Positions 11,150-20,860 are shown, counted from the first letter of the stretch. The stretch is DNA of 64,000 bases from an uncultured Thermotogae bacterium (GCA_964570515.1 CAZMYM010000006.1:15613-79612); one strand, 5' to 3'. The notes: generated from the letters alone by a model not told the origin. Program-made: numbers and translations.

Positions 11150-11171
11150 GGGTCAGATCCTCCGATGCCGT

Positions 11172-11609
11172 CTAGCGCTTGGAGTACTGCTCGCTCTTGC
11201 GCGCCTTCCGGCGGTTGATCTTCTTTCGCTCGACTTCTCGTGCGTCGCGGGTGAGAAGCCCCGCCTTCCGGAGCGGCGTCTTGTACTCATCGGTCACGCC
11301 GCACAGGGCCCGGGAAATGCCGAGGCGAACGGCCTCGAGTTGACCGGTGAATCCCCCGCCTCGGACGGTGGCCTTGACGTCGTACTTCCCGACCGTTCCG
11401 GTCGCGTAAAATGGCGTCTTGAGCGTCTTTTCAAGGTGCTCGGCCGGGGTCTGGAACGAGGCGAAGTACTCCTCGGCAGGCCGCCTGTTGATCAGAAGAG
11501 TTCCTTCGCCTTCTGTTAGGTAGACGCGGGCCGTCGCGGACTTCCGCCGTCCGACGGCATGAACCGCGCCATGGACTCGCTTCGGTAATCGTCGTTCTCC
11601 TTGTTCCAC
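11172..11609 (-). CDS. rpsI: 30S ribosomal protein S9
   Basis: ORF 11172..11720. The GTG start at 11609 is preceded by AGGAGGTG. S9 body (..GGGFTGQLEAVRLGISRAL..) and C-terminal KKINRRKARKSEQYSKR. No rplM is found upstream. Confidence 0.88.
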   Translation of the reverse strand: MEQGERRLPKRVHGAVHAVGRRKSATARVYLTEGEGTLLINRRPAEEYFASFQTPAEHLEKTLKTPFYATGTVGKYDVKATVRGGGFTGQLEAVRLGISRALCGVTDEYKTPLRKAGLLTRDAREVERKKINRRKARKSEQYSKR

Positions 11610-11734
11610 GGAAAGGATTGCACCTCCTGGAGGCTCGCTCTCACAGCGAGCGCGTGAATGATAGCCAAGGGGACGGAGCGTGTCAACGCCGCTTCCTGTA
11701 GGCACAACCGGCAAGGCCATCGAGTGCTACATCT

Positions 11735-13141
11735 TCAGAACAGGAGGCGCACCATCCGACGAAGGAGCGGACTCTCCATGCGCTTCATCATCCACCCCTC
11801 GGCTACGCGCTTGCTGAGGAACGACATCGACGGGAAGCTGTGCTGAAGGAACATGATCTTGTGGATCCGGAGGCGGTTCTGGATTGCCAGTCCCCATTCA
11901 TTGATCATCTCGCCGGCACCCTCTCCGATAATGCGGACGCCGTAGATTCGTCCGCTGTCGCTGACAAACGCCTTCACCGATCCGACCGCGACGTCCTCGG
12001 CGATCGCTGCGCCGTAGTCTTCGTACTTCGATTCGATCATCTCGTAGGGCGCGTCGTTTTCCTTGAGATCGCGTTCGAGCCAGCCAACGTGGGCGATCGG
12101 CGGATCGGTGAATACGGTCCATGGTACGACGTACCGACGAAAGTCCAGCTTGATCGGCCACGGGGCCATCGCGTTCATCAACGCGATCATTCCTTGGTGC
12201 ATCGCGGCGTGCGAGAACAGGTAGGTGCCGTTGCAGTCGCCGGGCGCGTAGATACTCCGACACGTCGTGCGGAGCGTCTTGTCGACGCGGATTCCCAATT
12301 CCGTGTACTCCACTCCGGCGTTTCCGAGATTCAAACCGGAGACCTCGTGTTGTCGCCCGGCAGCGACGAGGAGACGATTTCCCCGCAAGGTCTCGCCCCG
12401 ATCGGTGCGAAGGGCGATCGATCCGTCCTCATCCCAAACGCGCTGAATGGTTCTTTCGTTGCAGACGAAGATCTCCTCGCCCTCGAAGACGCTCTCGAGG
12501 AACCTGCCTGCGTCCGGGTCGCCATGCGGAAGCAAGTGTCTATCCTTGTGCACGACGGAGACGCGGGAACCGAGCCTCCGAAACGCCTGTGCCATCTCAC
12601 ACCCGATCGCGCCGCCGCCGAGGATGAGTAGGCTGTCCGGGATCTCGTCGAGATCGAAGATCGTCTCGTTGGTCAGGAAGTCGACCGAGTCGAGCCCCGA
12701 GATCGCGGGGACGGCCGGGCGCGTGCCGGTGCAGACGAAGATCTTCTTCGCGGTGTATCGCTGGTCGCCAACGGCCAAGGTGTGGGGATCGACGAACGAT
12801 GCCGGGCCCTCCCGCAGTTTGAGATCGACCTTCTCGAACATCTGGGTGGTCTTCTTCTCGTCGATGAACCGCAGGTGCTCCGCGATGCGGGCAAACGGCT
12901 TCGTCGGGTCCGGAGGCTCGATCTCGGAGAGGGCGAGCGATGAGAGCTTGGTGACCGCGTGGCGCGCGTGCGCCATCCGAAGCAGCGCCTTCGACGGGAT
13001 GCAGCCGACGCTCATGCACTCGCCGCCGAGACTCCGCTGCTCGATTCCGAGGGCCTTCAGCCCCATGTGCGATGCCATGATCGAGACCGCCATCCCGGCC
13101 GGCCCGAGACCGATCACGCCAACATCGTAATCGTAGCGCAT
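11735..13141 (-). CDS. Class I pyridine nucleotide-disulfide oxidoreductase (dihydrolipoamide dehydrogenase / mercuric reductase-like, FAD-dependent)
   Basis: ORF 11735..13219. ATG at 13141 is preceded by GGAAGGAAGG. The N-terminus MRYDYDVGVIGLGPAGM is an FAD Rossmann fold. Redox-active disulfide motif GGECMSVGCIPSK, an NAD-binding GGGAIGCE motif, and a C-terminal dimerisation domain. Confidence 0.85.
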   Translation of the reverse strand: MRYDYDVGVIGLGPAGMAVSIMASHMGLKALGIEQRSLGGECMSVGCIPSKALLRMAHARHAVTKLSSLALSEIEPPDPTKPFARIAEHLRFIDEKKTTQMFEKVDLKLREGPASFVDPHTLAVGDQRYTAKKIFVCTGTRPAVPAISGLDSVDFLTNETIFDLDEIPDSLLILGGGAIGCEMAQAFRRLGSRVSVVHKDRHLLPHGDPDAGRFLESVFEGEEIFVCNERTIQRVWDEDGSIALRTDRGETLRGNRLLVAAGRQHEVSGLNLGNAGVEYTELGIRVDKTLRTTCRSIYAPGDCNGTYLFSHAAMHQGMIALMNAMAPWPIKLDFRRYVVPWTVFTDPPIAHVGWLERDLKENDAPYEMIESKYEDYGAAIAEDVAVGSVKAFVSDSGRIYGVRIIGEGAGEMINEWGLAIQNRLRIHKIMFLQHSFPSMSFLSKRVAEGWMMKRMESPLLRRMVRLLF

Positions 13142-13325
13142 GATTCCTTCCTTCCGTGTCGCGCACCCCCGCACGAGCCCGAAGAGTATACCAGTCAGGA
13201 TCGCCGTCCTCATTTGCATCCTGTGCCAATCCGTCGGTCAGAGAAGCCATCGGATTCGGACCCGCCGGCGCTTCGCGTGTCGGTCGAGCGCAACGCGTGC
13301 TATCATCGGCCGGAGGAGGTTCGAT

Positions 13326-13673
13326 GTGGAAACGAAGATGATCGCTGTCTGTGGCATCACCTGTACGGAATGTCCCGCGTATGTCGCGACGCAAGGCGGG
13401 GACGAAGAGGCACTGGCTCGAGTCACCGCCGAGTGGAGCGAGGCGTACGGAGGAGATCTCTCGGCAGACGACTGTCGGTGCAACGGGTGTCTAGCGACCG
13501 AGGGCCCGTGGATGTCTCACTGCAGCGAGTGCAAGATGCGGGCGTGCGGGACGGAGAACATGGTCGAGAACTGCGCACATTGCGCCGAATACGCCTGCGA
13601 GAAGCTGACCGAGTTCTTCGGCTTTGCGCCCGAGGCAAAAGCAACACTCGACACGATTCGAAGCGAACTCTAG
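13326..13673 (+). CDS. DUF3795-like Cys-rich small protein
   Basis: ORF 13140..13673. GTG at 13326 (or ATG at 13338) follows GGAGGAGG. The 115-aa product has several Cys pairs (CGITCTECP, CRCNGC, CSECKMRAC, CAHCAEYAC). The upstream 60 codons of the track ORF are Arg-rich filler. Confidence 0.55.
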   Translation: METKMIAVCGITCTECPAYVATQGGDEEALARVTAEWSEAYGGDLSADDCRCNGCLATEGPWMSHCSECKMRACGTENMVENCAHCAEYACEKLTEFFGFAPEAKATLDTIRSEL

Positions 13674-13848
13674 CCCGTCGCGGCCGCGTTTCCTGCTGCT
13701 TTGAGGGAGCCTCTCGCGGTTGGATTGACGTTGCGTCTCCGGGTGCTTACCCTAATCCGTCAGTCTGTCTGACAGCTTGACGTCCGTTTCCCGCGCGGGC
13801 AATCCTGGCGAGGATCGGCGATTTCGGATGTAGCGGAAAGGAGTGGGC

Positions 13849-14544
13849 ATGGCATACGTTAGCGAATTGGAAGCGTCTCTTCGCCCGCCGGCGATGGAGA
13901 TGCCTCCGTACCCACCCAAGGTGATCACCTTGGCGAGCGGAGAAGAGATGGTCGTTCGGCAGGTTGAGCGGAAGGAGATTCCGACCCTGCTGGAGGCGAT
14001 CTACCCGCTCTTGTGGGTCGAGCGGGACTTCTACGACATCGTGGCCGCACGTCTGTTCGGCGAGCTCCTTGCCTACAAGCGGCATCGCGTCAAGGATGAG
14101 TACGTGCTTGCAGGGATGATCGACGGTGTTCTCGCCGGGATGGTCAACGGCCGCCTCGTCGATGAGAAGACCGGGATGAGCTACCACACGTTGACGATTC
14201 GACGAGGCCTTCGAGTGGGCTCGCACTTGTTCGCGGCCAAGATGGAGTATCACATCGAGCACTTGGGCCAGGACGAGGTCCTCATCGTCGCCGAGAGCCC
14301 GATCGGCTTTCGACGCTGGATGATCGAATACCCGCTTGAGAAGCGGTTCGAGGTTCAGCATGAGTTGGGTGGCGTGCCGTCGTGGGTGCTGACGAGCGAG
14401 ACGTACTACAAGGCCAAACCAAGGCTCGCCGCGGGGCGGCGCCCAGTGTCGGAGGCGCTGTTGCGAGGAGCCGAGACGATCGCGCTCCCCGTCGAGGAGA
14501 TCGTCGTACGGCAGGTCGCCGGCGAGAAGGAAGGTGCGGAATGA
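13849..14544 (+). CDS. Putative GNAT-fold acyltransferase (hypothetical protein)
   Basis: ORF 13843..14544. ATG at 13849 is 5 nt after GGAAAGGAG. Weak GNAT-like motifs (..IRRGLRVGSHLFAAKMEYH..). Its stop overlaps the thiolase start (ATGA at 14541), so the two are translationally coupled. Confidence 0.55.
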   Translation: MAYVSELEASLRPPAMEMPPYPPKVITLASGEEMVVRQVERKEIPTLLEAIYPLLWVERDFYDIVAARLFGELLAYKRHRVKDEYVLAGMIDGVLAGMVNGRLVDEKTGMSYHTLTIRRGLRVGSHLFAAKMEYHIEHLGQDEVLIVAESPIGFRRWMIEYPLEKRFEVQHELGGVPSWVLTSETYYKAKPRLAAGRRPVSEALLRGAETIALPVEEIVVRQVAGEKEGAE

Positions 14545-15722
14545 AACCTGTCTACATCGCCGGGGCGGGGATGACAAAGTTCGGCCGCTCGGAGTGGTCG
14601 CTCCTTCAGCTTGCCAGCGTGGCGTCTCTCGCTGCCCTTCATCATGCGGACCTGGGTGAGATCCCGGTCGATGGCGTCGTCGTCGCCAACATGGGCGCGG
14701 CGCGAATCAACCGCCAGACCGCCCTCGGCAGTGCACTCGTCGATCAGCTCGCGCTCTACCCGGCGGCCGCGGAAGCGGTCGAGAACGGGCCGGCGTCGGG
14801 GGCATCGGCGTTCAAAGTCGGCGTTCAGGCGATCGCGTCGGGAATGGCCGACGTGGTTCTCGTCACCGGCGTTGAGCGGATGCGCGTCGTGAACGGGCTG
14901 GAAGGGACCGATTTCGTCGCCAGCCTGTCACAGCCGGAGGTGGAGTATATCTACGGGGTGACCCTTCCATCGCTCGCTGGGATGTTCGCTCGGCTGTTCA
15001 TGGATCGATTCGGGGTCGAGCGGAAGCACCTGGCGATGATCGCGATCAAGAATCACGAGAACGCAACGAAGAACCCGTATGCCCACATCCAACAGACCGT
15101 GACGATGGAGGGGATCCTGACGGCGCCGGAGGCGGTGGTGAACAACCCGCCGATTGCCGAGCCGCTTCACATGTTCGACTGCTGTCCCGTCAGCGACGGC
15201 GCGGCGTCGATCGTTCTCGTCTCCGAGGAGGTCGCGGGGAAGCTTGGTGGACCGATGGTCCGCGTCGCCGGGATCGGGCAGGCGACGGACACGCACGCGG
15301 TGCATGAGCGCGAAGATCCCACCGATCTCAAGGCGGTTCGGATCGCGAGCGAGAAGGCGTTCGCGATGGCCGGGGCACAACCGGCTGACGTAGACGTCGC
15401 CGAGCTCCACGACGCGTTCACGATTCTCGAGATCGCCGAAAGCGAAGCGGCCGGCTTCTTCGCGAAAGGCGAAGGGCACAAGGCGCTCGAACGCGGCGAG
15501 ACGAAGCTCGACGGAACGCTGCCGATCAATCCATCAGGCGGGTTGAAGGCGAAAGGACACCCGGTCGGTGCGACCGGCGTGGCTCAGCTCGTCGAGCTGA
15601 CCTGGCAGTTGCGAGGCGAGGCCAAGGAGCGTCAGATCAAGGACGCGAAGATCGGCTACGCCTGCAACTTTGGCGGATTCGGGAACAACGTGGTGGCGAC
15701 CGTGCTTCGGAGGGAGGCATGA
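14541..15722 (+). CDS. Archaeal/SCP2-type thiolase (acetyl-CoA C-acyltransferase family)
   Basis: ORF 14382..15722. ATG at 14541 gives MKPVYIAGAGMTKFGR. Thiolase catalytic signatures GFGN and NPSGGLKAKGHPVGATG. 393 aa. Confidence 0.9.
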   Translation: MKPVYIAGAGMTKFGRSEWSLLQLASVASLAALHHADLGEIPVDGVVVANMGAARINRQTALGSALVDQLALYPAAAEAVENGPASGASAFKVGVQAIASGMADVVLVTGVERMRVVNGLEGTDFVASLSQPEVEYIYGVTLPSLAGMFARLFMDRFGVERKHLAMIAIKNHENATKNPYAHIQQTVTMEGILTAPEAVVNNPPIAEPLHMFDCCPVSDGAASIVLVSEEVAGKLGGPMVRVAGIGQATDTHAVHEREDPTDLKAVRIASEKAFAMAGAQPADVDVAELHDAFTILEIAESEAAGFFAKGEGHKALERGETKLDGTLPINPSGGLKAKGHPVGATGVAQLVELTWQLRGEAKERQIKDAKIGYACNFGGFGNNVVATVLRREA

Positions 15723-16060
15723 TGGGCCAGAAGGTGTTCGGCGCGAAGTGCACATCCTGCGGTACGGTGAGCTATCCGAGGCACGCGGTCTGCCCGAACT
15801 GTCGGGCCGAGTCGTTCGAAGATGTCGAGATTTCCGGTACAGGGAAAGTGCTTACCTACACCGACGTCTACGCTCTCGCCATCGACTACGAGACGCGATA
15901 CTTGCGCTTGGCGATCGTCGAGCTGGAGAGCGGGCAACGGGTCACCGGTCAGCTCCTCGATGATGACCCGAAGCTTGGCAAGGCGGTGAAGACGCAGATC
16001 GGCGTCGTCCGCGAACAGGGAGAACGCCAAATGTACGGGTTCCAGTTCGTTCCAGCCTAG
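15719..16060 (+). CDS. DUF35 OB-fold / zinc-ribbon protein (thiolase partner)
   Basis: 113 aa with a Zn ribbon CTSCGTVSYPRHAVCPNCR and an OB-fold. The ATGATGG overlap with the thiolase stop mirrors the conserved thiolase-DUF35 pairing of archaeal-type acetoacetyl-CoA thiolase complexes. Confidence 0.85.
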   Translation: MMGQKVFGAKCTSCGTVSYPRHAVCPNCRAESFEDVEISGTGKVLTYTDVYALAIDYETRYLRLAIVELESGQRVTGQLLDDDPKLGKAVKTQIGVVREQGERQMYGFQFVPA

Positions 16061-16144
16061 TTGAGCGATGGACTCATCCTGTTCTGTACGACTGTCCGAT
16101 CCCTGCTCCATCTGCCGCGGGGATGGGGTGAATCGGGTCGTCGC

Positions 16145-16173
16145 GTGACGTCGGAACTCGAGTTCGCTAGAAT
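16145..16173 (+). promoter_or_regulatory. Putative xpt-guaA promoter with overlapping palindromic operator
   Basis: -35-like GTGACG (16145-50) and -10 TAGAAT (16168-73) are separated by 17 nt. Within that spacer is a perfect 12-bp palindrome GAACTCGAGTTC (16154-65). It lies about 45 nt upstream of the xpt GTG start. Confidence 0.35.
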
Positions 16174-16215
16174 GCAAACGGTGTTCGATCGAGCGAGGAA
16201 GAGGGGGGAGGACGG

Positions 16216-16830
16216 GTGCATCTCTCAGATTGGGTTCGACGTGAAGGGCAAGTCTTGTCCGATGAGTTCCTGCGAGTCGACGGGTTTCTCAACCATCGCA
16301 TTGCGCCCGCGTTCATCGAAGCGGCAGGTCTTCAAGTTGCATCACGGTTCGCCGACGAGGACGTGACGCTCGTTCTGACCGCCGAGGCGGCCGGGAACGT
16401 CGTTGCCTACGAGATCGCTCGCTGCTTGGAGGCGCGGGCCGTCTACGCAAAGAAGGGGAAAGCAGCGACAATGGCCCGACCCATCGTCCGTTCCCTCCGA
16501 TCGCCGACCAAGGGAACGGAGACCGTGATTGCCGTCTCGCAGGACTACCTGACGCCCGCAGAGCGAGTGCTGATCGTCGACGACTTCCTCTATCAAGGAA
16601 CGACGAGCTCCGCTCTCGCCGACATGGTGATCGAGATCGGGGCCACGCTGGTGGGTTTTGCGTTCATCATCGAGAAGGGATTCGCTGGCGGACGGAAGGC
16701 GTTGTCGCGCTACCCCGTTCCGATCGAGAGCCTCCTCTGTGTCCAACGGATGGATCCCGCGACGGGCACGATCACGTTCGCCGACACGTCGGTGTCTGCA
16801 AGGGCGGGCGGAGAAGACGGCGAGACGTGA
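16216..16830 (+). CDS. xpt: Xanthine phosphoribosyltransferase
   Basis: 204 aa. N-terminal region ..[21 protein letters not shown].. is collinear with Bacillus Xpt (REEGKVLGDGILKVDSFLNHQI) and the PRPP motif is [16 protein letters not shown] start at 16216. The stop overlaps the guaA start. Confidence 0.85.
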   Translation: MHLSDWVRREGQVLSDEFLRVDGFLNHRIAPAFIEAAGLQVASRFADEDVTLVLTAEAAGNVVAYEIARCLEARAVYAKKGKAATMARPIVRSLRSPTKGTETVIAVSQDYLTPAERVLIVDDFLYQGTTSSALADMVIEIGATLVGFAFIIEKGFAGGRKALSRYPVPIESLLCVQRMDPATGTITFADTSVSARAGGEDGET

Positions 16831-18341
16831 GCGTCGTCGTTCTCGACTTCGGCTCGCAATACACGAGACTGATCCTACGTCGGCTGCGGGAGCTGGGGAC
16901 GATGTCCGTCACGCTCCCGGGCACGGCGTCCATCGAACGCATCCGATCCGAGGACCCCGAAGCGGTGATCCTTTCTGGCAGTCCGCGGTCTGCGTGTGAG
17001 GCGGAGGCGCCGCGCCCGGAGGACGGCATCTACGATCTTGGGGTTCCGGTTCTTGGCATCTGTTACGGTTTCCACCTTCTCGTTCGGCGCGCCGGCGGAC
17101 GGGTCGTTGCGACGTCCTCGCACGAGTATGGACGTGCACGTCTCACACAGGCCGACGGCCCGCTTTTCGAGGGTATCGATCCGGGAGCGCAAGTCTGGAT
17201 GAGCCACGCCGATTCCGTCGACGAACTCCCGGAGGAATGGACCCCGATTGCCGCGACCTCCGAGAATGCGGTCACGGGCGCGTCCTCGCCCGACAACCGG
17301 CTCATGGGCGTTCAGTTTCACCCGGAGGTTTCTCACACGCCGGCGGGCGCTCGCGTGCTGGCGAACTTCCTCGATTGTGCTGGCGTCGACCGCAACTGGA
17401 CGCCCGGTGCCGTTCTCGACCGCCTCGTCGCGGAGACTGCCGATCGCGTCGGCGGTGCGCGCGTTCTCCTCGCGATCTCAGGTGGCGTCGATTCGAGCAC
17501 CTTGGCGCTTCTTCTCGCCCGTGCCGGGGCCGATCACCTTGGCGTGTTTGTTGATCATGGTCTTCTCCGTGCGGGAGAGAAGGAACAGGTTACGGATGCC
17601 CTGACGGAACTCGGCGTGAAGCTTCACGTGGAGGACGCGAGCGCGAGCTTCCTCGAGGCGCTGCGAGGCGTGTCCGACCCCGAGACGAAGCGCCGGATCA
17701 TCGGGTGGGAGTTCGTTCGCGTCTTTGCGGAGTCGGCAGGGCGGTACGGACCGTTTCGTTTCCTCGCGCAGGGAACGCTCTATCCCGACGTCATCGAGTC
17801 CGCGGGAGGGGAGGGTGCGGCGAACATCAAGAGCCACCACAACGTGGGAGGGCTGCCGGAGCGTCTCGGATTCGAACTGATCGAGCCGTTCCGATTTCTA
17901 TTCAAGGACGAGGTTCGCGAGGTGGCAGGCCTTCTCGGCCTGCCGGATGCGATCCGCGGACGGCATCCCTTCCCGGGACCGGGGTTGGCGATCCGAATCC
18001 TCGGGGAGATCACGCAAGACAAGGTCGAACTGGCGCGGGAGGCCGACCGCGTCTTCGTCGAGGGGCTGCGTGACGCGGGGTGGTACGAGAAGGTCTGGCA
18101 GGCTCTCGCGGTCCTCATCCCCGTCCGGAGCGTGGGTGTGGCGGGAGATGAGCGACGCTACGGGTTCGTCGTCGCTCTCCGCGCGGTGACGAGCGTTGAC
18201 GGGATGACCGCGGACTGGGCGCGTCTTCCGGGCGATCTCCTCGATCACATTTCTTCTCGGATCACGCGGGAGATCCCGGAGATTGGACGCGTCGTGTACG
18301 ACACCACCAGCAAGCCGCCGGCGACGATCGAATGGGAGTAG
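16827..18341 (+). CDS. guaA: GMP synthase (glutamine-hydrolysing)
   Basis: 504 aa. GATase1 domain (GICYGFHLL, Cys-His triad), ATP-PPase SGGVDSS P-loop, and the C-terminal dimerisation domain ending ..TIEWE. Confidence 0.95.
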   Translation: MSVVVLDFGSQYTRLILRRLRELGTMSVTLPGTASIERIRSEDPEAVILSGSPRSACEAEAPRPEDGIYDLGVPVLGICYGFHLLVRRAGGRVVATSSHEYGRARLTQADGPLFEGIDPGAQVWMSHADSVDELPEEWTPIAATSENAVTGASSPDNRLMGVQFHPEVSHTPAGARVLANFLDCAGVDRNWTPGAVLDRLVAETADRVGGARVLLAISGGVDSSTLALLLARAGADHLGVFVDHGLLRAGEKEQVTDALTELGVKLHVEDASASFLEALRGVSDPETKRRIIGWEFVRVFAESAGRYGPFRFLAQGTLYPDVIESAGGEGAANIKSHHNVGGLPERLGFELIEPFRFLFKDEVREVAGLLGLPDAIRGRHPFPGPGLAIRILGEITQDKVELAREADRVFVEGLRDAGWYEKVWQALAVLIPVRSVGVAGDERRYGFVVALRAVTSVDGMTADWARLPGDLLDHISSRITREIPEIGRVVYDTTSKPPATIEWE

Positions 18342-18452
18342 TCGTTGAGGGGCTGCCGGCGCCTTTCGTTTTGCTTTCGCCGGCGTTCCTGTTACGATGC
18401 CGTTTCGGCTTCTCGGCAGAGAAGGACTCCACCCCTTTGGGAGCAGAGGATC

Positions 18453-19781
18453 ATGGATTACGACGTAGTGATTGTCGGCGCCGGCTCTGCCGGTTTGTTC
18501 GCTGCGATGATTCTGTCGGAGGCGGATCTGCGCGTACTCGTCATCGAGCGTGGGCTGGCCCCGAAGGAGCGAGAGAGCATCACCTACGGCGTCGGAGGTG
18601 CGGGCACATTCTCTGATGGAAAGCTGAACCTCACCTCCAAGATCGGCGGAGACCCGAGTGCCATCGGATGTAGCGAGGATGAACTCCTGCAGCTGATCGG
18701 TCAGGTCGACGAGGTGTTCACTCGGTGTGGCGCGCCCGAAACCTACTCGGGCGAGGACGCGGCCGCCTTGGGGCTGCTCTACCAAGCGGCAGCCCAGGCC
18801 GGGATCGAGTTCATCGCCGGACGGCAGCGCCACATCGGAACGAGTAGGATCCGCGAGGTGATCGACGCGCTCTACCACGATCTCCTCGATCGGGGGATCG
18901 AGTTTCGACTTGGGACGCGCGTTGAGGGAATCGCAACGGATAACGACGGATTCCGTGTCGCGACGGAGGGCGAGGAGATCTCGTCGCACTTCGTGATCGC
19001 CGCTCCCGGGCGAAGTGGCGCCTACTGGCTGCGCGAGATCGCTCGATCGCTGGGTGTCGGGCCGGAGTTCGGCCCGTTGGACGTCGGCGTCCGGCTGGAG
19101 TTCCCGGCGGAGTTGTACGAACCGATCGAAGGGATCATGTACGACGCCAAGTTCCGCGTGCGAACGCCCACGTACGACGACATGGTTCGCACGTTCTGCA
19201 CTAACCCACGCGGCTTTGTCGTTCGCGAGGACTTCGACCAGTTCGCGCTCGTCAACGGACACGCGGAGAACAAACGGAAGTCGAGCAATACGAACTTCGC
19301 TTTGCTCGTGCACGTTGAGTTGACCGATCCCGTCGAAGACACAACCCACTATGGACGCGCGATTGCCGAGCTGGCGACGACGATTGGTGGCGGCCGGCCG
19401 ATCCTACAGCGGTTGAAGGACCTTCAGCAAGGACGGAGATCGACGTCGGAGCGGATCAAGCGGGTCCCGATCGATCCGACGCTCCGCGAGTTCACGCCAG
19501 GTGACGTCTCGATGGCGCTTCCCCAGAGGATCGTTGTCGACATCCTCGAAGCCATCGACCGGCTCGACCGGATTCTCCCCGGTCTCGCGGCGGACGGAAC
19601 GTTGATCTATGCCCCGGAAATCAAGTTCTACGACACGCGCTACCAGGTCCTCAGCGGGATGGAGACAACGCTCCCCGGCTTCTACGTCGTTGGGGACGCG
19701 TCCGGCCATTCGCGTGGAATCGTTTTCGCTGCGGTAACCGGGATCCTGTCCGCTCAGCACATCCTCTCTCGCGGCCTCTGA
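18453..19781 (+). CDS. FAD-dependent oxidoreductase (NAD(FAD)-utilising dehydrogenase, COG2509-like)
   Basis: ORF 18345..19781. ATG at 18453 gives MDYDVVIVGAGSAGLFAA (FAD Rossmann). Conserved C-terminal FAD-dependent domain with GFYVVGDASG. Confidence 0.85.
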   Translation: MDYDVVIVGAGSAGLFAAMILSEADLRVLVIERGLAPKERESITYGVGGAGTFSDGKLNLTSKIGGDPSAIGCSEDELLQLIGQVDEVFTRCGAPETYSGEDAAALGLLYQAAAQAGIEFIAGRQRHIGTSRIREVIDALYHDLLDRGIEFRLGTRVEGIATDNDGFRVATEGEEISSHFVIAAPGRSGAYWLREIARSLGVGPEFGPLDVGVRLEFPAELYEPIEGIMYDAKFRVRTPTYDDMVRTFCTNPRGFVVREDFDQFALVNGHAENKRKSSNTNFALLVHVELTDPVEDTTHYGRAIAELATTIGGGRPILQRLKDLQQGRRSTSERIKRVPIDPTLREFTPGDVSMALPQRIVVDILEAIDRLDRILPGLAADGTLIYAPEIKFYDTRYQVLSGMETTLPGFYVVGDASGHSRGIVFAAVTGILSAQHILSRGL

Positions 19782-19884
19782 TTGGCCGTGCACATGGAAG
19801 GGCCAATCAGCCGGAAACCCTTCCCATTCGAGAATACAGGAGGGCCTCCCCCGGACGCGACGCGCACGGGGGAGGTACGATCCG

Positions 19885-20217
19885 TCAGTTGATGGATCGC
19901 GCGTGGTTGAGTTCCTCAGCGGGCGTTGGCTCGTCGTCTTCCGCTGGGAAGACGAGCGTGCCGCCTTCGGCGAGTTTGCGATCGATCGTCACCAGCAAAG
20001 GGTCGTCGTATCCGTAGGTGAGGACACGGCCCGCGGCTCGTAGTACCCGTCGGCGGACCTCCTCGAAGACGATCGGAGCTTCCGATTTCAATGCGTCGAT
20101 GAAGTCCTGGAACTGCGCATCGGCCGGAAGCTTCACCCGACCCTCCAGCTTGGTGGAAGCCGGTCTGTCCGACGTGTACACCACCACCCGGAGGTCTTTC
20201 TCGCGTTCAGATGTCAT
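19885..20217 (-). CDS. Hypothetical small soluble protein (110 aa)
   Basis: Strong SD AAAGGGAGGAATCCCC before ATG 20217. Protein-like composition. No recognised domain. Confidence 0.55.
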   Translation of the reverse strand: MTSEREKDLRVVVYTSDRPASTKLEGRVKLPADAQFQDFIDALKSEAPIVFEEVRRRVLRAAGRVLTYGYDDPLLVTIDRKLAEGGTLVFPAEDDEPTPAEELNHARSIN

Positions 20218-20462
20218 GGGGATTCCTCCCTTTGTTCGGCGTCTCGAAGTGCGTCAAGTGAGACGTCGGGCGTTCCGCCGCTTTCGCGTTCGGTGAGGTC
20301 GAGACACGAGCGTCGATTGCGCATCTGAAGAGAGAAGACGCAGACTGTGGCAATCGCCGCGGTCGCCGCGATCTTGCGATGGAGGCCAAACGGCCACGGA
20401 ACCTGCGTGTGCTGGGCACGCTTTGCAGCTCGGACCATCGTTTGGTTCGTTGTTTTGAACAT
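20214..20462 (-). CDS. Hypothetical small protein (82 aa) with one predicted TM segment
   Basis: Internal ATG at 20462 is preceded by GACAGGAGGTAGTC. Sequence MFKTTNQTMVRAAKRAQ...IAATAAIATVCVFSL. Its stop overlaps the start of the downstream 110-aa gene (ATGA). The upstream part of track ORF 20214..20966 is Arg-rich filler. Confidence 0.45.
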   Translation of the reverse strand: MFKTTNQTMVRAAKRAQHTQVPWPFGLHRKIAATAAIATVCVFSLQMRNRRSCLDLTERESGGTPDVSLDALRDAEQREESP

Positions 20463-20860
20463 GACTACCTCCTGTCTTCTCCCTGTCGGGAGAAACCGTT
20501 GAGACGTCACACACGGCCGTCCGTGCGCGAAACAAGCAATAGCCCTTCCTCCGAAGCGGATCTCCCTGTCGCATTCCCCGTCCAGCCTGGGCGCGACGGC
20601 CGAAGCCGAAGCGCCCTGTTGGCTGGCGGAGTCAAGGAGGTGCTGCAGAGGAGTGAGGCTTGCAGCCCTTTCAGCGGGAAGCGGGAACGACCATTCCGAA
20701 GTGTGGGCGCGCAAGGTTGCGGCGGCTTCTTCGTGGCGGCCGTCGGCCCGAGAGCCACGGTCGTTTTGGCATCCGAAGGTGTTCCTTCTCTCTGCCATTC
20801 TCGCTTCCTTTCGTCTGTTCGTGCTTTCCCCTGACTTCGCACTTGCGCGAAGCCGTCTTG

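Noticed and set aside
10041-11519. 492-aa plus-strand ORF spanning DUF1385, rpmE and rpsI
   Set aside because: Antisense to three well-supported genes. Highly charged, low-complexity translation.
16061-16215. Purine riboswitch upstream of xpt
   Set aside because: The conserved purine-riboswitch loop elements (UUUCUACC, CCGUAAAU) are absent. The leader is only about 40 nt if the predicted promoter is right.
17898-19349. 483-aa minus-strand ORF
   Set aside because: Antisense to guaA and the FAD oxidoreductase. No motifs.
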